From an uncultured Candidatus Binatia bacterium (GTDB lineage Bacteria; Desulfobacterota; Binatia; UBA9968; JAJDTQ01): a DNA stretch of 64,000 nt. A model generated the notes under the pieces. The model searched no databases and was not told where the DNA came from. It worked only from the letters and a program-made list of their open reading frames with translations. A program made the translations under genes and the position numbers. Shown here piece by piece: positions 22,951 through 32,848 of the stretch. The number at the start of each line of letters is the position of its first letter. Position 1 is the first letter of the stretch. Location of the stretch: assembly GCA_965215605.1 (NCBI GenBank), contig OZ244070.1, forward strand, positions 2,944,001 to 3,008,000, read 5' to 3'.

Positions 22951-22967
22951 AGCATCTTTCGTGCCAA
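22951..22967 (-). promoter_or_regulatory. Sigma-54 (-24/-12) promoter for degP
   Basis: Minus strand TTGGCACGAAAGATGCT = GG-N10-GC, about 40 nt upstream of the ATG and its AAGGAGG RBS; bEBP with GAFTGA encoded downstream. Confidence 0.75.
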
Positions 22968-23142
22968 GGCCTGAGCGCTGCGAAAATGCTGGTTTTTCAA
23001 AGAGTTGTCCGTATGCCGGGGCGAAGCGCCGCGCCCAAAGGGTCGAAAGTGCTCGACGATTTCGTCGAGGCCGGCCGGGTGGATTCAGCGGGGAAGAGGG
23101 CCGCCGGCGGCGAATGCAGGGCCCTCGGGACCCCGTCGCCGG

Positions 23143-23607
23143 TCAGTCGACCTCGAAGATGGACTCGATCTCCACCGGGATCCCGTTGGGCAGCGTCGCC
23201 ATGCCCACCGCGGAGCGGGCGTGCTTGCCGATGCTCTCGCCGAACACCTCCACCATCAGGTCGGAGAAGCCGTTGATGACCTGCGGGGTCTTGTGGAATT
23301 CCGGGTCGGCGTTCACCATGCCCAGCACCTTGACGATACGGCGGACGCGGTCAAGGCTCCCGAGTTCGCCCCGCAAGGTGACCAGGGCGTTCAACGCGGT
23401 CTGGCGCGCCGCCTGGTAGCCTTCTTCCACGGTGAGGTCGCGGCCCAGCTTGCCGCGGGAGATGGGCTTGCCGTCGTTGCCCAGGGGGCCGTGCCCGGCA
23501 AGGTAGAGCAACGCGCCGGTCCTGACGGCGCTGACGTAGTTGGCCGCGGGCCGGGGCTGGGGCGGCAGGCTCAGATTCAATTCCTTCAGGCGTTCTTCCG
23601 CGCTCAT
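23143..23607 (-). CDS. RidA/YjgF family protein
   Basis: PAANYV, GKLGRDL, VKVLGMVN, INGFSDL, GKHARSAVG, PVEIE. Confidence 0.9.
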   Translation of the reverse strand: MSAEERLKELNLSLPPQPRPAANYVSAVRTGALLYLAGHGPLGNDGKPISRGKLGRDLTVEEGYQAARQTALNALVTLRGELGSLDRVRRIVKVLGMVNADPEFHKTPQVINGFSDLMVEVFGESIGKHARSAVGMATLPNGIPVEIESIFEVD

Positions 23608-23631
23608 GTGGGCCTCCTGGTGTTGCGGATC

Positions 23632-24675
23632 CTACATTCCCCGGAACCACACGTTGTCCGGGTCCAGGCTGAGCAGCGCCGGCGTGATGTCCGGGATGGC
23701 GGGAGTGCCGGTCATGATCATCACGCGCTTCAACTCGTCGGTGAGGATGGACAGCACCCGGGCCACCCCTTCCGGCCCGGCGGCGCCGAGGCCCCAGCAG
23801 ACGGGCCGTCCCAGCAGCACCGCCCGGGCGCCCAGGGCCAGGGCCTTGGCGATGTCGCCGCCCCGGCGGGCGCCGCTGTCGAGCAGCACCGGGACCCGGT
23901 CGCGGGCCGCATCCACGATTTCCGGCAGGACTTCGATGGCGGCGCGATTGAAGTCCAGGATGCGCCCGCCGTGGTTGGACACCACCAGGCAGTCGGCGCC
24001 GGCGTCGATGGCGATGCGGGCGTCGTCGGGATTCATGATGCCCTTCACCACCACGGGCACGGACACCTCGTTCTTGAGCCAGGCGACGTCGTCCGGCGAT
24101 GACAGGTGCACCGTGCGGGGCTTTCCGTCCGAGGACAGCGGCACCCGGTCTCGCAGCTTGGTGGGTTGCAGGGTGTCCATGGTCAGCCCCACGGCGGCAT
24201 AGCCGATCTCGTCCGCCCTTCGCACCGCGCTCAGCACCTTGTCCCGCCCTTTGCTGAGGTAGGCCATGTACACCAGAGGCGACGAGATTCCCTCCGCCCA
24301 CTGGTCCACGGTGGACTGGGTGGCGCCGCTGATGAACACCATGGTCCCGAACAGGCTGCCGCCTTCCGCCACCTCGTGCTCGCCGTTCTTGCGCAGCAGC
24401 CGGAAGCTGCCCACCGGCCCGATCAACGCCGGCGACGGCAGCCTGCGGCCGAACAGTTCGATGGACGTGTCCGGGTCGGTGACGTCGTGGAAGATCCGTT
24501 GCCGGAAGAGCAGCCGGTCCAACGCGGTCCGGTTCCGCTTCCGGGTGGATTCGCTTTCCGCCGCGCCCATCACGTGTTCGATGGCCTCGGGCTTCACCCG
24601 GAGGCGGAACAGCGCGTGGATCTCGTCGAGGCTCAGGTTCTCGAGTGGTTTCTGTTCAAGTAGTCGCAGACTCAT
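23632..24675 (-). CDS. FMN-dependent alpha-hydroxy-acid oxidase/dehydrogenase
   Basis: [36 protein letters not shown]; start at ATG 24675 or 24729. Confidence 0.85.
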   Translation of the reverse strand: MSLRLLEQKPLENLSLDEIHALFRLRVKPEAIEHVMGAAESESTRKRNRTALDRLLFRQRIFHDVTDPDTSIELFGRRLPSPALIGPVGSFRLLRKNGEHEVAEGGSLFGTMVFISGATQSTVDQWAEGISSPLVYMAYLSKGRDKVLSAVRRADEIGYAAVGLTMDTLQPTKLRDRVPLSSDGKPRTVHLSSPDDVAWLKNEVSVPVVVKGIMNPDDARIAIDAGADCLVVSNHGGRILDFNRAAIEVLPEIVDAARDRVPVLLDSGARRGGDIAKALALGARAVLLGRPVCWGLGAAGPEGVARVLSILTDELKRVMIMTGTPAIPDITPALLSLDPDNVWFRGM

Positions 24676-24771
24676 GGTTCCCCCCGTGAAAGGATGCAGG
24701 AACAGACCCTGGTGTGGTGTCTGGTTCATTCGGACAATAACATGCGGAAGATCCTTGTTGCGGGCAAATCA

Positions 24772-25779
24772 TCAATCCATCATCCGGAACTGCAGCAACA
24801 AGGTCCTCTGGAACGGCACGAAGTTGTTGTCCGACAACAGGTAGAGGAGCGTCCGTCCGGCGCGGTCCCGCCTGAGGGCGAGCCCCTCGAAGTTGTCCAT
24901 CGGCAGCGGATGCGTCATGTCCGCCACGGCCGCTCCGCGGATGCGGCTCCCGTCACGCCGGCGGGCTTCCCGCAGACGGCCCTTGGGCAGCCGGACGATC
25001 CGCGCTCGCCTCCCCGACAGGGTGAAGCGCCGTTCGAGCAGCAGCACATCCCCGTCGGGCATGACGGCAAGGTCCGTGGGTTGGAGGCCTCCGGCCGGCA
25101 CGTAGGCGATCTCGTGGGCCGCGCCGTCCCCGATGAGCCAGCCCTTGAGGCTGCCGTCGTCGTTGGCGTGCCGTTCGGTGATGCCCAGCACCGTGCCGTC
25201 TGGCAGCGCGGCGATGCCTTCGAGCCCCCCGTTGACGGGCGCGTCGTCGAGGGCGCGGGGCGTGGCCAGCGGTTTGGGAGGCGCATTGAACGCCGCCGGA
25301 TATCGCCAGATCCGGTGACGCCCCTCGAACGAGACCAGAAAATCGCCGCCGGCGGTCCGCGCCAGCCCCTCGGCGTCCCGCTGGCGGCGCTGGGCCGGCT
25401 TGCCGGCGGGGGTCAGCATGGGGGCGTCGCGCCACGAGCCGGCGCCGACGAGACGCCCGGCGTCGTCGTGGACGAGGTCTGCGGTGATCCAGCGGCCGCG
25501 GTCCGAGACCGCCCGAAGCCGCCGCCCGTCCGGACTGACGTGCAGGCCGGAAAGCCCGCCGAACCGCGGGTGCTCCGACACCAGCTCGAAACCGTTCATG
25601 AATACGAGCTTGCCGACCGTACCCAGTTCCGGCCTTTCCGGGTCCAGCGCCACCGGCACCGTCTTCACCGCCATCGCTCCGGCAGAGACGCCGCCCGTCA
25701 GGGCGAGCAGCATCGCCAGCGCGTGCGCCGCCGCGGTTGCGGCCCGAAGCCGCCTCGTGTCCGATGGTCGACGAATCAC
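24772..25779 (-). CDS. Exported esterase-like activity of phytase family protein
   Basis: FGGLSG, SDRG, DAEGL, SFEG, NGGLEG, DNFEG, LSDNNF...QRTLLL; GTGA overlap with the folK stop. Confidence 0.8.
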   Translation of the reverse strand: MIRRPSDTRRLRAATAAAHALAMLLALTGGVSAGAMAVKTVPVALDPERPELGTVGKLVFMNGFELVSEHPRFGGLSGLHVSPDGRRLRAVSDRGRWITADLVHDDAGRLVGAGSWRDAPMLTPAGKPAQRRQRDAEGLARTAGGDFLVSFEGRHRIWRYPAAFNAPPKPLATPRALDDAPVNGGLEGIAALPDGTVLGITERHANDDGSLKGWLIGDGAAHEIAYVPAGGLQPTDLAVMPDGDVLLLERRFTLSGRRARIVRLPKGRLREARRRDGSRIRGAAVADMTHPLPMDNFEGLALRRDRAGRTLLYLLSDNNFVPFQRTLLLQFRMMD

Positions 25780-26159
25780 AGCTTCAAGTCCGGAAGCACC
25801 GCCAGCACGGCGTGGCGCAGGTAGTCCCGCGTGTAGAGGTCCGGATCGATGACCGCGCCGTTCCACACGACGATGTCGAGGTCGATGGTCCGAGGGCCGT
25901 GCCGGTTCAATCCGGGTCGGCGTCCGAGCAGGGTCTCGATGGCCTTGAGGTCGGCTTTCAACCGCTCGCGGTCCGCGCGGGTCTCCAGCAACAGGGCGCC
26001 GTTGGTGAAGTCCGGCTGATCGGCATAGCCGACGGGGCTGGTCTCCACCAGCGGCGATTCGGCGACGATGAAGTGACGTTCGGCGATCCGTTCCCGCGCC
26101 CTGGGCACGTTGATCCGGGGCTCGATATTGGACCCGACGCCGATGACGGCGAGATTCAT
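25776..26159 (-). CDS. folK: 2-amino-4-hydroxy-6-hydroxymethyldihydropteridine diphosphokinase
   Basis: GVGSNI, ETSPVG..DQPDFTN, IE..LGR, GPRTIDLDI. Confidence 0.92.
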   Translation of the reverse strand: MNLAVIGVGSNIEPRINVPRARERIAERHFIVAESPLVETSPVGYADQPDFTNGALLLETRADRERLKADLKAIETLLGRRPGLNRHGPRTIDLDIVVWNGAVIDPDLYTRDYLRHAVLAVLPDLKL

Positions 26160-26545
26160 GCCGGTCCGGCCTCCGTCGCCTCCCTTTCCGCCGAGCATTC
26201 CACGGAAACGGAATCGGTAAAGCGCAGGGCCGCCGGCTTGGCCACCCGGACCCGCGCGCGCCGGACCCGGCCGTCTTCCATCGCCAGCGCCAGCAGGCGG
26301 TCGCAGAGCGTTTCGAGGAGAAAGAACGACGACCGTTCCACCTCGGCGATGAGCCGTTTGTTCAGCCGTTTGTAGTCCACGGTCTCGTCGATGGCGTCGC
26401 GGATGAAGACTGTGCCCGCCGCCAGCTCCAGCTCCACGTTGACGACCACGTCCTGCTTCGTCTCCCGTTCCCAGTCGTTGATGCCGATGATGGCGCGGAG
26501 GCGCAGGTTCTCGATGGTGATCTTGACCGGATTTCGCTGGATCAT
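26156..26545 (-). CDS. Dihydroneopterin aldolase / triphosphate epimerase (FolB/FolX family; sequence closer to FolX)
   Basis: IENLRLRAIIGINDWER..KQDVVVN, VDYK, FFLLE, KPAALRFTDSVSV. Confidence 0.85.
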   Translation of the reverse strand: MIQRNPVKITIENLRLRAIIGINDWERETKQDVVVNVELELAAGTVFIRDAIDETVDYKRLNKRLIAEVERSSFFLLETLCDRLLALAMEDGRVRRARVRVAKPAALRFTDSVSVECSAEREATEAGPA

Positions 26546-26562
26546 GGGACTCCGGGAAGGCG

Positions 26563-27294
26563 TTACAGGTGCTCCCCGCCGTCGACGTAGATGCTCTCGC
26601 CAGTGACGAAGGGGTTGTTCAACAGGAACCGCACGGCGGCCACCAAGTTATCCGTGTCGCCGATGCGTTTCAAGGGCAGGGCCGCGCTCCTCCGCTCGAG
26701 TTCGTCCGCCACCCCCCCGGGCGGCGGCAGGATCATGCCCGGTGAGATCCCGTTGACCCGGATGGCGGGGCCCAACTCCCGGGCGGCCATCTTCGTCAGC
26801 TCGTGGAGCATTTTCTTCGACAGCGTGTAGGCCGCGTGGTGGGGGTCGGAGCGGCTGACGCGGGTGTCGAGGACATTGATGACCTGGCCCCCGGCGCAGC
26901 TTTCGGCGAACGCCTGGATGAGAAAGAAGGGCGCCTTGAGGTTGATGTTGAAATGGCGGTCGAACAGGTCGCGCCCGGTTTCCCGGAGGGCGCCGCGTTC
27001 GAAGATGGAGGCGTTGTTGACCAGCACGTCGAGGTTGGGGAAGCGCTCCCGCACCGCGGGGACCAACGCGCTCGTCTCCCCGTGATCGTTGAGGTCGCAG
27101 CGGAACAGGCGGCACCGGCGCCCCAGCGCTTCGATCTCTCCGGCGACGCGTTCGGCCTGTTCCGCGGAGGTGAAGTAGTGAAGCGCGACGTCGTATCCGT
27201 CCTGGGCCAACGCCCGCGCGACGGCGGCGCCGATGCGGCGGGCTCCGCCGGTGACGAGGGCGGCCCCCTTCGGCTTGGACATGCCGGTCATCAT
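26563..27294 (-). CDS. Pteridine reductase / FolM-like short-chain dehydrogenase
   Basis: TGGARRIG, ALHY, NNASIF, YTLSK, RVNGISPG, VDGG; heads the pterin operon. Confidence 0.82.
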   Translation of the reverse strand: MMTGMSKPKGAALVTGGARRIGAAVARALAQDGYDVALHYFTSAEQAERVAGEIEALGRRCRLFRCDLNDHGETSALVPAVRERFPNLDVLVNNASIFERGALRETGRDLFDRHFNINLKAPFFLIQAFAESCAGGQVINVLDTRVSRSDPHHAAYTLSKKMLHELTKMAARELGPAIRVNGISPGMILPPPGGVADELERRSAALPLKRIGDTDNLVAAVRFLLNNPFVTGESIYVDGGEHL

Positions 27295-27552
27295 ACCCCG
27301 TTCGCGACGGACCCACCACCGGCCTGACGCGAGCGGCTGCAACATGCGGCCGGGCACGGCAGCCACGGCGAGAGGTCTCGCGACCCCCGGCGGGCGTCGC
27401 GGCCGGTTCCCGGCGAGAAGGGCGCCGTTCTTCCCGGCGCTTCGGCGTATTTCGCCTGTACATGAATCATCCCGAATGATGTATGTTCCTTGCTCGCCGT
27501 TTGGGCGCTCTACGAGGTTCGTGTGTCAGGGTAACAAGGGAGCGGAGGGCTT

Positions 27553-28398
27553 ATGGAGATCAAGACGGTCACGTTGTTGCATCCCGGCAACATGGGCGCC
27601 ACCATCGGCGCCGCCGTGCAGGGCGCCCGGGTGCTGTGGGTTTCCGCCGGACGGAGCGAGGGAAGCCGGCAAAGGGCCTCGAAGGCCGGCCTGGCGGATG
27701 TGGCGACCCTGGCCGAGGCCGTGGGCGAGAGCGACGCGGTGTTGTCCGTGTGCCCGCCCCATGCGGCCGAGGATGTGGCGGAGAGCGTGGCCGGAGTGGG
27801 CTTTGGCGGGTTGTACGTGGACGCGAACGCCGTTTCGCGCGCCACCGCTCAAAAGGTGGGTGCGGCCGTCGGCAAGGCCGGGGCGACCTTCGTGGACGGC
27901 GCCATCATCGGACCTCCGGTGACCAAGCCGGGAAGGACGCGCCTTTATCTTTCGGGCGCCGGGGCGGAGGGCGTAGCCAAGCTGTTCTCGGGGAGCATGC
28001 TCGATGCCCGTGTCATCGAGGGCGGCCCGGGGGCGGCCTCCGCGCTCAAGATGACCTACGCCGCGTGGACCAAGGGCAGCGACGCGCTGATCCTGGCCAT
28101 CCGCGCGCTGGCGGCCCGGGAAGGGGTGGAGGAGGCGCTGCTCCAGGAATGGGCGGGGTCCCAGCCCAACCTTCCCGGCAAGAGCGAGCGCGCCGCCGCG
28201 GTGGCCGCGCCCAAGGGCTGGCGTTACGTGGGCGAAATGGAGGAGATCGCCGCCAGCTTCGAGGCCGCCGGCCTCCCCGCAGGCTTCCACAAGGCCGCCG
28301 CCGACCTCTACCGCCGGCTGGCCCCGTTCAAGGACCGCGCCGACCCTGGCCCCGAGGTCAAGGAGGTCCTTGACGCCATCCAGGAGCCATGCTCCTAG
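27553..28398 (+). CDS. NAD(P)-dependent oxidoreductase with DUF1932 C-terminus
   Basis: HPGNMG, SVCPP, VDANAV, DGAIIGPP, ASALKMTYA..TKG, KGWRYVGEMEEI. Confidence 0.82.
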   Translation: MEIKTVTLLHPGNMGATIGAAVQGARVLWVSAGRSEGSRQRASKAGLADVATLAEAVGESDAVLSVCPPHAAEDVAESVAGVGFGGLYVDANAVSRATAQKVGAAVGKAGATFVDGAIIGPPVTKPGRTRLYLSGAGAEGVAKLFSGSMLDARVIEGGPGAASALKMTYAAWTKGSDALILAIRALAAREGVEEALLQEWAGSQPNLPGKSERAAAVAAPKGWRYVGEMEEIAASFEAAGLPAGFHKAAADLYRRLAPFKDRADPGPEVKEVLDAIQEPCS

Positions 28399-30023
28399 TG
28401 GTCCTCTTCTTCCACATCGCTGGCCTTGACGCGCCGTGACTTGAGCTTCTCGCCGGTCTCGAAGTAGCGTCCCTCCACCGCGAGCCTGGCTTCCTCGTCC
28501 AACTCGTCGTCCCACTGGCCCAGGGAGTAGCCGTACCATGGCATCTTGGGCTTGAGGGGCGGCAGCATGAACTCCTCCCACAGCTCCCGGGCGTGCTCCA
28601 TGTATTCCCGCTTGGGCAGCGACACGGGCGGGAAGGGCTCCTTCTGGATGGCGTTGCACAGCATGCCCGATTCGTCTGCCGGCAGGTGGTACGACACCAC
28701 GTCGGTGCCCTTGTGATCGTCATTGTACAGGAACGGCGGGGCGTGGCCCTTTTCCATGCCGCCGATGATCTGCACGTCCTGGTGGGGCTTCATGCGGTAG
28801 CACATGGCCCAGAACACCGCCGCCTCGTCCGACGGATCGATGTCCTCGTCCACCGCGATGACGATCTTGCCGACGCCGGGATGGAAGGACGACGCGGCGT
28901 GGAGCGCGCGCCACACCTCGGCTTCCTTGGGCTTGCGCATCTGCACGATGACGAGCTTGTAGGTGTTGGTGAGGGGTTCGTGCATCTCCACCCGGATGAC
29001 GCTGGTGATGCGGCAGTGGTCCCTCAGGTGCACCAGCATGAGCCGGTCGTAGCCGATCTTGCGGATCACCGACGATTCGCTCGGGGTGAGCTGGCTGAGC
29101 CATGACACGTAGATGGCGTTCTTGCGGTGGGTGATGGCGGTGACGTCCATGAACGGGTTCAACTGCCGCGGATGCATGTAGCCGTGGGATTCTCCGAACG
29201 GCCCCTCGGGTTCCACGAACTCGGTGTTGAGGTGTCCCTCGATGACGATCTCCGATTCCGCCGGCACCTGCAGGTCCACGGTCTTGCACTGGGCCATGCG
29301 GATGGGCTCGCCCACGAAACCGCCGGCGATGGCCATTTCGTCCACGCCGTAGTCCACCTTCTGCACCGACACGTAGGAGACCACCGGCGGCGCGCCGATG
29401 ACCAGCGCCGCCTCCAGCGGCTCGCCGCGCTTCTGGGCGTTCTTCCAGTGCAGGTAGATGTCCTGGCCCAGTCCGGACGGGAACACGCCTACCCGGGAGT
29501 TCGACTTGATCTGGCCCCGGTAGTTGCCGATGTTCCCGATACCGGTCTCGGGGTCCTTGGTGATCCAGTGGGAGCATGTGGTGTAGGGGCCGTTGTCGAA
29601 CCCGGGGGTGGAGATGGGGACCGGGAACTTGTCCAGCCCTTCGTTCTCCACGGCATCGCCGGTCATCACCACTTCGTGGCACGCCGGGTCGTCCACCACC
29701 TTGGGCGTGATGGGATTGGAGAGGGCGTGCTTCCACTTCTTGTCCATCTCCTCGGCGCTGTTGCAGCCCATGCCCAGGAAGTAGATGGCCTTGCTGCCGG
29801 CCAGCGCGCCCACCACCACGGGGAAGTCGAACTTGCGCCCGCGGGAGTCTGTGACGTTGGAGAAGTACCACGCCTTGCGCTCCTCGTCGGGAATGCCGCC
29901 CCGGTACTGCCAGCGCACCAGCGGATGCAGTTCGGTGTCCTTGTTGATGGTCTGGTTGATGCGGCGCAGGTGCCCCGCCTCTTCGAGCATCCTCAGATGC
30001 TCATGTAGATCTGCATAACCCAT
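28395..30023 (-). CDS. UbiD family (prenyl-FMN dependent) decarboxylase/carboxylase
   Basis: MGYADLHEHL, DPETGIGNIGNYR, VPAESEIVIEG, EGPFGESHGY, VDEDIDP. Confidence 0.92.
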   Translation of the reverse strand: MGYADLHEHLRMLEEAGHLRRINQTINKDTELHPLVRWQYRGGIPDEERKAWYFSNVTDSRGRKFDFPVVVGALAGSKAIYFLGMGCNSAEEMDKKWKHALSNPITPKVVDDPACHEVVMTGDAVENEGLDKFPVPISTPGFDNGPYTTCSHWITKDPETGIGNIGNYRGQIKSNSRVGVFPSGLGQDIYLHWKNAQKRGEPLEAALVIGAPPVVSYVSVQKVDYGVDEMAIAGGFVGEPIRMAQCKTVDLQVPAESEIVIEGHLNTEFVEPEGPFGESHGYMHPRQLNPFMDVTAITHRKNAIYVSWLSQLTPSESSVIRKIGYDRLMLVHLRDHCRITSVIRVEMHEPLTNTYKLVIVQMRKPKEAEVWRALHAASSFHPGVGKIVIAVDEDIDPSDEAAVFWAMCYRMKPHQDVQIIGGMEKGHAPPFLYNDDHKGTDVVSYHLPADESGMLCNAIQKEPFPPVSLPKREYMEHARELWEEFMLPPLKPKMPWYGYSLGQWDDELDEEARLAVEGRYFETGEKLKSRRVKASDVEEEDH

Positions 30024-30301
30024 GGATTGCCTCCTGTTCAGCTCGATTTCTCGGAATGTCGCGGTGAGTTCCCGTAACCCCGTGCGGCGCAGGCCCGGAT
30101 AGCGGGGCTCCAGGCGATCGGCGGAAAGAAACGGATGGCTCTCGTGCGAAGAAAGAAAATAGCCGATGGTGTCCTGCCGTGTCAAATTCACCGCGGGGTC
30201 GCCTCTCCCGGTTCCCCCAGGCCCGCCGGGACGGGCGATGCTTGACGCGGTTCGCGTGACTCCTGTAGCCTTGGCCGCAATCCACGGAAGGAGTTGCATG
30301 C

Positions 30302-31594
30302 ATGCAAACCGATGAAGCCATCCTGGAGAAGGTCTTCTCGCACATCGACCGGGAGGAGCTGGCCAGGCTGGCCATGGACGTGGTCAGCATCCCGACGCCC
30401 ACCGGCAGCGAGGAGGAGGTGGCGCGGTTCATCCACGATTGGCTCCAGAAGCAGGGCATCGAGACTTTTCTTCAGCACACCGAACCCGGCCGCGCCAACG
30501 TGGTGGGGGTGATTCCGGGCACGGGGGAGGGGCCGACGCTGCTGTTCAACGGACACATGGATACGGCGCTGGCGGGGACCCAGGAGGACCTGTGGATCAC
30601 CGGCAGCACCCGGCCCGAGTGGCAGGCGCTGGCGCGGCGGGAGGACGACGTCATCTACGGCAGCGGCATCGTCAACGACAAGGGTCCGCTCACCTGCACC
30701 CTGGCCATGGCCAAGGCGCTCAAGGAGAGCGGCGTCAAGCTCAAGGGCGACGTCATCGTGACCGGTGTGGCGGGGGAGATCGGCCGCTCGCCGGTGGACC
30801 ACTACCAGGGCCCCGCCTACCGCGGCAAGGGCCACGGCGCGCGCTACCTGGTGACCCACGGCGTGGTGGGGGATTACTGCATCGTGGTGGAGCCGTCTCA
30901 GTTCCGCATCACCTGGGCCCAGTGCGGCGCGGTGTTCATCAAGATCACCACCTACGGCGAGCCCATGTACGGGCCGTTCGTGGATCATCCGGTGGACGCC
31001 AGGGAGAGCAAGAACGCTGTGGTGCGCATGGCCTCCATCATCCCGGCGCTGGAGGAATGGGCGCGCCGCTACGAGCAGGAGCACCGCTACGAGTTCGCCG
31101 CCGCCACCATGATCCCCAAGGTCAACATCGGCTCCATCTTCGGCGGCGCTCCCTTCAAGCCCAACTTCTCGCCCGCCATCTGCAACCTCTACGTCGAGGC
31201 GTTCATGACCCCGGACCAGCGCGCCATCGACGTGCTGCGGGAGGTCCGGGAGGTCCTGGCGGCCACGGACATCGACGCCAAGTCCTCGCTCTTCCTGTCC
31301 GTCAACGGCTACGAGTCCAAGGGCGCCGAGCCGCTGGTGTCCACCATGCAGGAAGCCCACGAGTACGTGCGCGGGCGCAAGGCGGAGCCCATCCGCAACG
31401 CCTTCACCAGCACCTACGCGGACCTGACGGTGTTCGCGGAAGTGGGCATCCCGGCCATCAAGTGCGGCCCCTCGCCGGAGGCCGCCGACGCCAAGCCCGC
31501 CACCGGGGAAATGCAGAAGGTGGAGGATCTCGAGGCCGCCGCCCGGATGTACGCGTTCGCCGCGTTGGAGATCGCCGACCGGGACCGGGCGTGA
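30302..31594 (+). CDS. M20/ArgE-DapE family metallo-deacylase (divergent)
   Basis: PTPTGSE, ANVVG, LLFNGHMDT, GSGIVNDKG, VVEP, GIPAIKCGP. Confidence 0.82.
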   Translation: MQTDEAILEKVFSHIDREELARLAMDVVSIPTPTGSEEEVARFIHDWLQKQGIETFLQHTEPGRANVVGVIPGTGEGPTLLFNGHMDTALAGTQEDLWITGSTRPEWQALARREDDVIYGSGIVNDKGPLTCTLAMAKALKESGVKLKGDVIVTGVAGEIGRSPVDHYQGPAYRGKGHGARYLVTHGVVGDYCIVVEPSQFRITWAQCGAVFIKITTYGEPMYGPFVDHPVDARESKNAVVRMASIIPALEEWARRYEQEHRYEFAAATMIPKVNIGSIFGGAPFKPNFSPAICNLYVEAFMTPDQRAIDVLREVREVLAATDIDAKSSLFLSVNGYESKGAEPLVSTMQEAHEYVRGRKAEPIRNAFTSTYADLTVFAEVGIPAIKCGPSPEAADAKPATGEMQKVEDLEAAARMYAFAALEIADRDRA

Positions 31595-31664
31595 AGCGGT
31601 GGCGGCGGCGAATGGCGGTTTGGCACAAGATTTCGTATTCAAGACGCCACGAAAGGAGCCTTCC

Positions 31665-32759
31665 ATGAGCATTGATACGGGCCTGTACCGCCGGACCTTC
31701 AGGGGCACAGGGGGGGTCGCCACCGACGAGATTCTGTTCTCATCCGATTCCCATGTGATGGAGCCCGCGGACACGTTGGTGAACCGCGTCCCGCAAGCCA
31801 TGCGCGATGCCGCGCCGCGCTTTCCCGAACTGAAAACAGGGGAGGGGTTCCAGACCCATCCCGGAGGGTCGGACCCCAAGGCCCGGCTCAAGGAGATGGC
31901 GGTGGACGGGGTCAGCGCCGAGGTGCTGTATCCCACCTACTCCCTGAGCCTGTTCTCGCAGGAGGATGTCGCGCTCCACGAGGCGTCGTGCCGGGCCTAC
32001 AACGACTGGCTCATCGAATACTGCCAGGTGGACCTGGACCGGCTGGTGGGCGTGCCGATGATCGCCACCTTCAACATCGACCATGCGGTGGCGGAGTTGG
32101 AGCGTTGCAAGAAGGCGGGGCTCCGGGGAGCGCTGATATGGCAGGTGCCGCCGACGGAGTTGTCCTTCGCAACCGACCATTACGAGCGCTTCTGGGCCGC
32201 CGCCCAGGAGATGGAGATGCCTGTCAGCGTCCACATCCTCACGGGCTTCGGCTATGTCAAGACGCGCTACGACCGCAAGGGCCTGGAACGCTACCGGGGC
32301 AGCGTCAACCTCAAGCTGGCGGAAATCATCGACAGCCTGATGGACATCATCTTCTCGGGCGTGCTGGAACGCTACCCGCGCCTGAAGATGGTGCTGGTGG
32401 AGAACGAGATCGGCTGGCTGCCCTACGTGCTGGAGCAGTGGGACTACTACTTCGACCGCCACCGCCCCACGGACCCGCTGACCATCGACAAGCTGCCCAC
32501 CGAGTACTTCAACCGGCAGGTCTTCGCCACCTTCTTCAACGACGCCGTGGGCGCCCGCAACCTGGTCTGGTGGGGGCACGACAACTGCATGTGGTCCAAC
32601 GACTTCCCCCACGCCAACTCCACCTGGCCGCACTCGCGGGACGTGGTGGCGCGGGACCTCGGCCACCTGCCGGACGACGTGCGCGCCAAGCTGCTGCGGG
32701 ACAACGTCGCCCGGCTGTACAATATGCCGGTGCCCGCGGCCATGACCGTGGGGGTGTAA
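31665..32759 (+). CDS. Amidohydrolase family protein (Amidohydro_2)
   Basis: SSDSHVMEP, AYNDWL, SVH, ERYPRLK.VLVENEIGW, WSNDFPH; RBS aaagga. Confidence 0.9.
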   Translation: MSIDTGLYRRTFRGTGGVATDEILFSSDSHVMEPADTLVNRVPQAMRDAAPRFPELKTGEGFQTHPGGSDPKARLKEMAVDGVSAEVLYPTYSLSLFSQEDVALHEASCRAYNDWLIEYCQVDLDRLVGVPMIATFNIDHAVAELERCKKAGLRGALIWQVPPTELSFATDHYERFWAAAQEMEMPVSVHILTGFGYVKTRYDRKGLERYRGSVNLKLAEIIDSLMDIIFSGVLERYPRLKMVLVENEIGWLPYVLEQWDYYFDRHRPTDPLTIDKLPTEYFNRQVFATFFNDAVGARNLVWWGHDNCMWSNDFPHANSTWPHSRDVVARDLGHLPDDVRAKLLRDNVARLYNMPVPAAMTVGV

Positions 32760-32772
32760 TCCCCCGCCGCCC

Positions 32773-32820
32773 CTGGATTCCCGCTTTCACGGGAATGACG
32801 GAAGGGGGGCGGGAATGACG
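32773..32820. repeat. Short intergenic palindrome plus tandem half copy (ATTCCCGC...GGGAATGAC type)
   Basis: ctggattcccgctttcacgggaatgacg...gcgggaatgacg; same family as 1683-1707. Confidence 0.65.
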
Positions 32821-32848
32821 TTTTGGGGTTCGGCGGCGGCGCGCTGCG

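Noticed and set aside
31620-31636. Sigma-54-like TTGGCACAAGATTTCGT upstream of the amidohydrolase
   Set aside because: The -24 box is good but the -12 position reads CG instead of GC, so it is not called
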